IMG/VR virus record: IMGVR_UViG_3300025653_000027 | DNA from: an uncultured virus (IMG/VR IMGVR_UViG_3300025653_000027) | Taxonomy: Duplodnaviria; Heunggongvirae; Uroviricota; Caudoviricetes | Direction: 5' to 3' (one strand) | DNA: 20,000 bases | Translations under genes and position numbers: made by a program | The notes under the pieces: generated by a model | Database searches by the model: none | Seen by the model: the letters and a program-made list of their open reading frames with translations, nothing else | What the model was told of the DNA's origin: nothing | Shown: positions 1-8,300 of the stretch, piece by piece | Position numbering within the stretch: the stretch's first letter is position 1 | Layout of the letters: each line of letters opens with the position of its first letter

Positions 1-1
1 C

Positions 2-1954
2 CCTGAAAACATTGAGGTCAGTGGTACAGGTACATTTGCACATCTGGTTGTTACCGGTGATGCAAAAGTACAGGGCACTTTAAGCGGTGCAACGATTACC
101 GGTGACATTATTCAAGGGGCAAACATCAATGCCTCTACCGGTAATATCACAAACTTACTTTCCGATTTAGCAACAATCGGAACAGGTAATTTTATTCGTC
201 TTAGCGGACAAACAATTACAGGCAACACTGTTTCTTTTGGAACAGGAACTATATTTAGCCTGACGGGAACTAACGCAAACATATCTAATATTTCTGGTAC
301 CAACATCACAGGTACCAACATTGTTGGCACAACACTTGTTTCTGGTGCAACCGTAACGGGTGACTCCGTTAAGGGAACAACGATTACCGGTATCTCCGGT
401 ACGTTTACTTCCCGTGTTTCTGGTGCATCGATTACTGGTGACACCTTAAACGCAACAATTGTTACCGGTGTATCAGGAACATTTACTTCTTATTTATCCG
501 GCGCAACAATTACTGGCGACAGTGTTTCTGTCGAACTGATTACTGGCGTTAGTGGTGACTTCACTTATTTATCTGGTGGCACCATTACGGGTGTTACTGG
601 TCTATTCGATCAGATCACAACAGATACATTAGTTGCAACAACACAAGTATCCGGCGCTGTTATTACCGGAGACTTTGCTCGGTTCTCTAACGTCACAGGC
701 ATCAGCGGTGTTTTTACCGATGTTGTTTCAGGTGCAATCGTTACTGGCGTTACTGCACGTTTCACTAATGTCACCGGAGTTTCTGGAACATTTACACATG
801 TTTCAGGAACGACAGTTACAGGAACAACTGGACTGTTCTCTACACTTACTGCACTAACTGGTACATTCACCGACACAATTAATATTCCGACAATTGCCAC
901 CACAGGTGACATTGTTGCTGGTGGGAACTTAATTGTCAGTGGAAGTGGCACCATCTCTTCTGGCTTTACGGTTAGCGGAACAATTTCTGGTGGCACTGTA
1001 ACCGGTATCACCGGTATCTTTGGTGATTTAACAGGAAACCAAATTTATGGCCTGACCTTTGTTTCTGGTTTTACTGTTACAGGTGCCAGCGGTAACTTCA
1101 CAAGGGTCAATGCGCAGACTGGAGTCTTTAGCAACTATCTAAGTGGCTCCTCAATTACAGGAAATACATTCAGCGGTACATCTGGAACATTTACAAGCGG
1201 TATTTTCACAGGTGTTTCCGGAGGAACAATTACAGGTGTCACCGGATTATTTGCAAACCTGACTGGCGTATCTGGAACATTTACTACTCGTGTTTCTGGT
1301 TTAACAGTTACAGGTCAAACTGGCCTGTTTGCAAATCTCACTGGCGTATCCGGAACATTTACCGATCAGGTTTCCGGTGCTTACATTACAGGAACATTAA
1401 TTGAAGCTGTAACAGTTACTGCTGTAACTGGTAACTTCACCGTTGCAAACTTTACAGAAACAACAACAGGTTCTGTTCTTGCTAGTGGCTCTGGTTTCTT
1501 TGGTAACACCGTTCAAGGTGCCATTCTTAAGACACCTTATTCTTTAACAGGAACAACAACGTATCTGATTCAAAGCGGAACAAACGGTTTCTCAATCGGC
1601 AGCACAGTACTTGAAACTGGAGCTACCGTCTCAATCGCTAGTGGTTCGGATTGGTACGTTTACGAAGAATCAAGCGGTTACAAACTTATTGTTGAAGTTA
1701 CTGGTGATATCACTGGTGTTCCAGGAGCAATGCACGTTCTCTTCTCTGGTGCAACAATTACTCTTCCCGGAAGCCCTGCAACAGGTGAGTGGCTGAGTTT
1801 TGTTAACCGGAGCAATACGATTACCAGTGTTGTCAATCGAAATGGAAACAATATTGTTGGCAGTGGTTCAAACTTGACAATTGACGATCTGAATGGCAAG
1901 TTTGAGATGACTTATATTAATAGTACTGAAGGTTGGACAATTAACCTGGCATAA
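2..1954 (+). CDS. Tail fibre/shaft protein, 5'-truncated (>=650 aa), with SGATITG-type repeats and a C-terminal 'TITLP..PATG...RNG.NI.G...EGW' domain
   Basis: Frame starting at base 2 reads PENIEVSGTGTFAHLVVTGDAKVQGTLSGATITG... with no stop seen until TAA at 1952-1954. The ORF track shows only 1730..1954 because no start codon was found earlier in this frame. It contains ~26-aa repeats (VSGATVTGDSVKGTTITGISGTFTSR) and shares its C-terminal domain with 3132..4208 and 4259..5353. Confidence 0.85.
   Translation, partial: PENIEVSGTGTFAHLVVTGDAKVQGTLSGATITGDIIQGANINASTGNITNLLSDLATIGTGNFIRLSGQTITGNTVSFGTGTIFSLTGTNANISNISGTNITGTNIVGTTLVSGATVTGDSVKGTTITGISGTFTSRVSGASITGDTLNATIVTGVSGTFTSYLSGATITGDSVSVELITGVSGDFTYLSGGTITGVTGLFDQITTDTLVATTQVSGAVITGDFARFSNVTGISGVFTDVVSGAIVTGVTARFTNVTGVSGTFTHVSGTTVTGTTGLFSTLTALTGTFTDTINIPTIATTGDIVAGGNLIVSGSGTISSGFTVSGTISGGTVTGITGIFGDLTGNQIYGLTFVSGFTVTGASGNFTRVNAQTGVFSNYLSGSSITGNTFSGTSGTFTSGIFTGVSGGTITGVTGLFANLTGVSGTFTTRVSGLTVTGQTGLFANLTGVSGTFTDQVSGAYITGTLIEAVTVTAVTGNFTVANFTETTTGSVLASGSGFFGNTVQGAILKTPYSLTGTTTYLIQSGTNGFSIGSTVLETGATVSIASGSDWYVYEESSGYKLIVEVTGDITGVPGAMHVLFSGATITLPGSPATGEWLSFVNRSNTITSVVNRNGNNIVGSGSNLTIDDLNGKFEMTYINSTEGWTINLA
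1250..1362 (+). repeat. Imperfect direct repeat with 78-bp (26-codon) period encoding FANLTGVSGTFT twice
   Basis: tttgcaaacctgactggcgtatctggaacatttac at 1250 and tttgcaaatctcactggcgtatccggaacatttac at 1328. Confidence 0.85.
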
Positions 1955-1959
1955 ATAGA

Positions 1960-2829
1960 ATGACAAATCTAAGTGATCTAACTCCTGGTGGAGGCGGTGG
2001 CGCCGCTCTTAATTACCAAGAGTTTACTTCAAATGGAACTTGGACCAAGCCAGATAATGTAACCTGGGTTGAAGTTGAAGTTGTAGGTGGCGGTGGCGGT
2101 GGCGCTAGTGGAAGAAAAGGTGCTTCCAATACTAGAACCAATGGTGGATCAGGTGGTTGGGGAAGTCCTATAACTAAGAAAATTTTTGCTGCTAGTTCTC
2201 TAGGATCAACAGAGTCAATTACTATTGCCGCTGGCGGAACCGGTGGAGCTTCTGTTACAGCGGATAGTACAAACGGTAATGATGGTGCAGATGGTGGCAC
2301 ATCATCATTTGGATCTCATCTTACTAGTGGTTTTGGAACAAGAGGCAAAGGTGGTGACGATGTATCAACTGGGACTTATGCTTACGACAACACAACCCCA
2401 TTTGCTCTTTTAGACTCTGCTTATAATAACCATAGATATATAGGACCAGGTGGATCCCGCACCACTAATTATCAACAAATTTACGCTTCTGCTGGTGGTT
2501 ATGAAGGCTGGTGTGGCGCCGGGGGCGGTGGCGGTGCTGCATTTAACACTACTAGTTATCTAGCAACTCCTGGAGGTTGGAATCCTTCTGATGCTCCAGG
2601 TACCAATAACGCTGGGTCGACCGATGGCGAATCAGGTGGAAGTATTTCTGCCGGTGGACTTAGTGGTGGTGGTGGTGGCGCTCCAAATCAAACTGGAGAT
2701 GCTGGTGACGGTGGCAATGCAGCGATAGGTGGAGGTGGTGGCGGCGGTGGTGCGTCGTTTAACGGTCAAGGCGATTCAGGTGCTGGTGGAAACGGCGGCG
2801 GTGGCCGCATCCGTGTTTGGGCCTGGTAA
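1960..2829 (+). CDS. Glycine-rich tail-fibre tip/adhesin-like protein
   Basis: FTSNGTWTKP..VTWVEVEVVGGGGGGASG, SITIAAGGTGG, GGTSSFG and C-terminal GAGGNGGGGRIRVWAW are hallmarks of phage glycine-rich (polyglycine) domains. It lies directly downstream of a fibre gene. Confidence 0.8.
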   Translation: MTNLSDLTPGGGGGAALNYQEFTSNGTWTKPDNVTWVEVEVVGGGGGGASGRKGASNTRTNGGSGGWGSPITKKIFAASSLGSTESITIAAGGTGGASVTADSTNGNDGADGGTSSFGSHLTSGFGTRGKGGDDVSTGTYAYDNTTPFALLDSAYNNHRYIGPGGSRTTNYQQIYASAGGYEGWCGAGGGGGAAFNTTSYLATPGGWNPSDAPGTNNAGSTDGESGGSISAGGLSGGGGGAPNQTGDAGDGGNAAIGGGGGGGGASFNGQGDSGAGGNGGGGRIRVWAW

Positions 2830-2832
2830 CTA

Positions 2833-2840
2833 AAGGAGGT
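2833..2840 (+). promoter_or_regulatory. Shine-Dalgarno site AAGGAGGT
   Basis: Consensus SD 5 nt upstream of the ATG at 2846. Confidence 0.8.
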
Positions 2841-2845
2841 AACCC

Positions 2846-3091
2846 ATGATTTACGCAGTTTTGAATTCAGAAGGTAAGTGCATCAACCGTGTCGTTTGGA
2901 ATGGCGATACTTCAATTTGGTCTCCACCAGAAGGTTGCACTGCTGTTTGCGATGACGATTGTTGTCATCCAATTGAGAATGAACATCCTCCCGTGGTTGA
3001 ATCAAACCCAGAGGAAGAAGTTCAAGATTTTTTAAACGCATTAACTCCTGAACAGAAAGAAGCTTTGATTTCTCTTTTGAGCCAGCAATAA
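2846..3091 (+). CDS. Small acidic protein, putative tail-fibre assembly chaperone/partner
   Basis: Strong SD. YAVLNSEGKCINRVVWNGD...WSPPEG resembles small proteins that commonly follow glycine-rich fibre genes. Function inferred from position. Confidence 0.6.
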   Translation: MIYAVLNSEGKCINRVVWNGDTSIWSPPEGCTAVCDDDCCHPIENEHPPVVESNPEEEVQDFLNALTPEQKEALISLLSQQ

Positions 3092-3131
3092 TTGGTCAAA
3101 ATAGAATAGAACTACTAATTACAGATAAATA

Positions 3132-4208
3132 ATGGCATACGGTCGAGCCAGAATAAAACAACTCATTTGGAATTCAGGGGGCGGTGATACTGTCTTCGAC
3201 TACAACAGTGGGATTCGAAATGGCGACAATTACAGCGGTGGTGTCCTTCAGGCTCAATCGATTACAGGAATAACTGGAACCTTTACGGTTTCGGTGTCCG
3301 GTGCAGAAATTCAGGCTGATAATTTAAATACAACTACCTTAAGCGGCGTTTCTGGGATATTCACAGCACTTGCCTCTGGAGCAACAATCACCGGTACAAG
3401 TGTTGAAGCAACTAACATTACAGGTACAACAATTAGTGGTGTTGATCTTTCAGGTCAAACAACAACAATTGGCACAGTTGTTTCAGTAACCAGCATCACT
3501 GGTACAACATTCGAAGCAACAACAGCAGACTTCGGGACGGTTACTGCTGAAACAGGTACTTTCACCACAACTCTTTCTGGTGCCTCCATTACCGGTACCT
3601 CGGTTCGAGCAACAGCAATTACAGGTACTTCCATCAGCGGTACCACTGTTTCTGGCCCAACTGCGAACATCACGGTTGCTCGAGTAACAGGAACCTTAAC
3701 TGCTCCTACGTTTGAAGGAACAGAAGGTGACATCACAACAATTACAACTGAAACAGGAATCTTCTCTGATCTCGTTTCGGGAGCATCCTTTAAAGCAGAC
3801 AGCAATACAACTGTTATTACTGATGCTGGTAATGTTCAGCCTTTTGGTCTGTTCAGTTTCCCAGGCAACCTTGGAACTTCTGGCGCAACCTTAATTAGTA
3901 AAGGCAACGGAACAACACAATGGAACGCTGGTTCCGCTAACTACAGCGTTGAAGTTGTTACCGGTGCGATTACAGGTGTTGCTGGAACAATGTACGTAAT
4001 GACGACAGGAACAACAATTACATTGCCTGTCACACCAGCAACCGGTGACTTTTTAATTATTAGGAATCAAAGTGATTCAACAACTGGCGTTATTGATCGA
4101 AACGGTAGCAACATTATGGGTCTTGCTGAAAATGTTGTTATTAATGACTTGAACTTTAAAACTGAATTTATTTTCTATGGTGGCACAGAAGGTTGGGTGT
4201 TACTGTAA
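3132..4208 (+). CDS. Fibre-shaft protein, paralogue A (358 aa)
   Basis: MAYG...NSGG N-terminus, two 67-aa S/T/G repeats (3375-3575, 3576-3776), shared C-terminal TITLP...RNGSNIMGLAE...EGW domain. Confidence 0.8.
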   Translation: MAYGRARIKQLIWNSGGGDTVFDYNSGIRNGDNYSGGVLQAQSITGITGTFTVSVSGAEIQADNLNTTTLSGVSGIFTALASGATITGTSVEATNITGTTISGVDLSGQTTTIGTVVSVTSITGTTFEATTADFGTVTAETGTFTTTLSGASITGTSVRATAITGTSISGTTVSGPTANITVARVTGTLTAPTFEGTEGDITTITTETGIFSDLVSGASFKADSNTTVITDAGNVQPFGLFSFPGNLGTSGATLISKGNGTTQWNAGSANYSVEVVTGAITGVAGTMYVMTTGTTITLPVTPATGDFLIIRNQSDSTTGVIDRNGSNIMGLAENVVINDLNFKTEFIFYGGTEGWVLL

Positions 4209-4258
4209 ATCTTGCAATGTAGAATGGTTAATAATGGAAAAATTAGTGGTCTGCGTAA

Positions 4259-5353
4259 ATGGCATACGGCAGTCTTAAAGCTAATACAATTATTTTCAAT
4301 TCAGGTGGTACTGATTACACCCTTGACGTTACCACTTTAGTTTCGAACGGAAGTAATTTTAGCGGCGGCGTCATCCAGGCGAATTCAATCACTGGATTAA
4401 CAGGAGTTTTTACAACACTGCTCTCAGGAGCACTGATTACTGGTACAACAAGTAATATCACAACCTTTAGTGGTGCAACTGGCATCTTCACTTCGTTCTT
4501 GTCAGGGGCATCGATTACAGGCACAAGTATTAACGCCACCTCAATTACAGGTCAAACCGTAAGTGGTGTCACTGTACTTGCTGAAACAGGAACAATTGGC
4601 AACTTAACGTCAACCGGAAGTATTTCCGGTGGAACGTTATCTGGAACAACAGCAACATTTACAAGTGTTACTGGTGTTTCCGGCATTTACACAACTGAGA
4701 TTTCTGGTGCAGCCATCACCGGAACAAGTGTTAATGCCACCAACATCACAGGTTCTACAGTTACAGCGACAACTTTAACTGCCACAACTGGTGATGTTGG
4801 TGATTTAACTGCTTCTACCTCTGTTTCAGGTGGAACCATTTCAGGTACAACAGCCACCTTTACTTCTGTAACGGGTGCATCCGGTAACTTCACCTCTGTT
4901 ATTTCCGGAACACTTTATAAGTGCAGCGGTAACGTCACCATTATTTCTGGGGCTGGCGATATTAGACCTTACGGCCTGTATTCCTTCCCTCAAAGTGCAG
5001 GTACAAACAACTATGTGTTGTCAACAAATGGAGACGGCACAACAGCATGGGTCGAAGCAACTGGCGGTGGGGGTGGCGGAAGCTCTTACACAGTCAGTGG
5101 TTTGACTACAAATGAAACTGGGGTTGCTGGTACTTACTATGTATTACTGAGCGGCCTTACTTTAACGCTTCCAACTACACCGTCTCAGGGCGATTACGTT
5201 GGTATAATTAATAGAAGCAATACAACCACAGGAACCGTTGCCCGAAATGGAAGCAACATCATGGGATTAGCAGAAGACATGACGCTTAATGACCTGAATG
5301 CAAGATTTAGGTTGATTTATGTAAACGCTTCTGAAGGTTGGGTCACCCTCTAA
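4259..5353 (+). CDS. Fibre-shaft protein, paralogue B (364 aa)
   Basis: Collinear with 3132..4208: MAYG...NSGG, two 67-aa repeats (4502-4702, 4703-4903), PYGLYSFP versus PFGLFSFP, same C-terminal domain. Confidence 0.8.
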   Translation: MAYGSLKANTIIFNSGGTDYTLDVTTLVSNGSNFSGGVIQANSITGLTGVFTTLLSGALITGTTSNITTFSGATGIFTSFLSGASITGTSINATSITGQTVSGVTVLAETGTIGNLTSTGSISGGTLSGTTATFTSVTGVSGIYTTEISGAAITGTSVNATNITGSTVTATTLTATTGDVGDLTASTSVSGGTISGTTATFTSVTGASGNFTSVISGTLYKCSGNVTIISGAGDIRPYGLYSFPQSAGTNNYVLSTNGDGTTAWVEATGGGGGGSSYTVSGLTTNETGVAGTYYVLLSGLTLTLPTTPSQGDYVGIINRSNTTTGTVARNGSNIMGLAEDMTLNDLNARFRLIYVNASEGWVTL

Positions 5354-5364
5354 GTTGAAAAAAA

Positions 5365-8300
5365 ATGTCTAACTACAGCAATTTTGTTGGTTACGTTCCC
5401 GATAAACTCCGCCTTGAGACGACTGGTGGAGCACTGGTTGAAGGTGAGCTAGGACTGCCTAACGAATATATTGCTAGCTTGTCGATTGGTCCTGTCAGCA
5501 CGGGTGCTTACGTTAGTAACCCTGGTATTGCACTTGACGCTGCTGCAACATTTACTATTGAGAGCGGTTCCAGCTACATTCAATTCAAAAACTTAACAGC
5601 AACTAAAAACGCCATTGTTGTTACAGGTGCATCAGAGGGTAGTGGCACCGATTTTGAAGCAGATTTTTCAAACCTGGAATACGTTGGTTATCAAATTACA
5701 GGTCGCAGTGATCGATTAAAAAAATTCTCCCTTGGCGCGTTAAAACGAATTGATAGTTTAGACGGTAATTCACGAATTGCTCTTTATTATTCTGGTGGAC
5801 ACGATGTAACTGGTGAAGTTTATTCGCCTAATCTTGTCCAGGCTGCAGGATATTCTGGTGTTTTCTTGAACTATGGATCTGGTGGCCTTAAAGGGTTAGA
5901 TAATACTTTTACCGGTTATGTTTCCGGTATGGTAATTATCAGCGGCCATGCCGATTACGGTAGTAGCAATAACGAATTGCTTCCCTATGAAGACTTCCTG
6001 CCTGTCCATCAAGTTGGTGGCGTTAAGTTTTTTGCCGGTTCTAACTGGGAAAATGTTGTTCTCGGGATGAACCACACTGGTGTTGGCCTTGGGAATGGCA
6101 ATACTTCAGCAAATTCTGCAGCACAAGGAATAACATGGAATATTTACACTCACCAAAATACAACCGGTGTTGTTATTCCTCGTCTGGCCAGTGAAGGCGT
6201 AAACGCATACGTCAGTACACCAACAACAAATACAGGTGATTTAACAATTACTTGTTCTGGAGCGCCTCTCACGAAACCGAGTGGTTTCTATAACCGCTTT
6301 GATTTTAATCAAAACACAGATGGTAAAAATTTAACGGTTATCAATAACTCTAACGAATATTTTTATATTCCATATATTGGCAACATCGGTGCAATCAATA
6401 TAAAAAGCTCTGGCTCTCTAAATTTTAGTGGTCTTTGCTTGACAGGTGTTTCTCAACAATATATAAATTCTGCTAATCGATGGAGTAAATTCCAGGCTAC
6501 AGACGATATTGTTGTTAACTTAACAACAGGAACATTTTTAGCTGGTCGGAGCAATAGTGGTGCTAACGGTGGATGTGTTTTTTGGGCCATAAGTGAAAGT
6601 GGAAACGTAACATTTGAAGCACTAAATTTAGAACAAACAAACGTGGGCTGGGTGGCCCAGTTAAAAGGAAGCGGCACGACTGGTCTTATTAATTTACCGG
6701 AAGCAACTGGATTAATTCCTGCTGGTACTAACCCTCATGGTACCTCTGAAAATGGGGGTGCTCTGATGCAGCTTTATCCCGGGGGAGCCGATGCTGTAGA
6801 TACAGTACAAACGATTAATATTCCTAAATTACAGCAATACAGTGGTACTCTTACTGCTTACGGTTTATCCGGTAGCACAACTACAATTAGTGGTGCAGAT
6901 TTAACCTCCTGGAGCGGTGACCATAACTTCTATACTTCTGGCGATCTGTATTACACCTTTACCGGTGGTGGTGGCGATGGCTCTGGTGAAGTTATTGGTA
7001 ACTTTAATAACTATACATATTTAAGTGGTAATACCCACAGCGGAAACCGAGGTACATTAAGGCGCTGCAATGCACTGACTTATTCGTTAAGTGGCGTTGA
7101 TGGTACAGGTATTTTAGTTGCCAATGAACTGCGTGAAATTAACGGTAACATTAACCTTCGTACACTGACTGGTTGCACACTGAATGTTACTGGTGCCGAT
7201 GTTGATTACATCAGCGGTTATCTGTATACGTATACATCTGGCAACGTTAATTACTCCTTTACAGGTGGCCCTGGTAATGGCAGTGGTTATATGACCAGCA
7301 ACATTTACCAATACAGTTACGGTGATACCGCAACGATTACAGGTAATGTCGGCACCTTGGCTTCTGGTGCACAAGTTCGGCAGCATTGCTACAGCGGCTC
7401 TAATTATTTAGAAGCCACTGGAATGCATATGTGGAACGGTAGTCACCAATTCTACACAAATGGTACAGAATCAACACTTACAGGTAAATTTGGTGATATC
7501 ACGCATATTAGTGGTGGTATTAATGCTTATACAAGCGGCAAAATTGACTTAACCTTTACAGGTGGCCCTGGTACTGGTGGTGGTTACATGACCAGCCATT
7601 TGTATATCAGGAATTACACAACAGGCAATACCTTTACAGGTAACTTTGGCACCTTACGCTCTGGTGTTATTGTCTCCGGACGCATTTATTCGGGTGATTC
7701 TAATATTTCGATTTACGCCACTGGAATGAATCAGTGGGGCAATAGTCACAAGTTCTTCGCAGACGCTGCAACATCTGGCGATAGCAATACTAAATTTACT
7801 GTTGATTTTGGGGATATTGAGCATCTAAGCGGTGTTATTGACGCCTATACCTACACCACTGGCCATACCTTTAATTACAACCATGGTACAGCTAAATCTG
7901 GATACATAACTAATTACTGGAAACACGTAGATTACGCTCCAGCAGGTACTCAAATTACCTGGAATATGGGCTCCCTTAAAAATATAGGAAATAGCACATC
8001 CCGTACTGCTGGTTATATTTTCCCTTATCAAAATACTGACTTAAATGCTACTGGTAAGAGCCTTACTTTTAATGCCACAGGTCTTCAAGATGCAAATGGT
8101 ATTACTGGTTATGTTAATTACGGTTCTACAGTCACACTTAACTTAAATACATTCCACGTTAGGAATCGGCTCCAAGCTCAGGCGTATGCTGGTGGCACTT
8201 ATTTAGCTGATGGCAGTGGTAACCTTCCCGCAACAACTGGAGGCAGTATTGATTATATTCGGCATTACAGCTTATATACTGCTGGAAGTGGTCAACTTAC

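Noticed and set aside
1730..1954. 74-aa ORF as a stand-alone gene
   Set aside because: It is the C-terminus of a frame open from base 2
112..4893. Minus-strand ORFs rich in Pro/Val (112..444, 610..1011, 1678..1899, 2013..2300, 3455..3805, 4315..4539, 4687..4893)
   Set aside because: Antisense shadows of repetitive Gly/Thr codons in the real + strand genes
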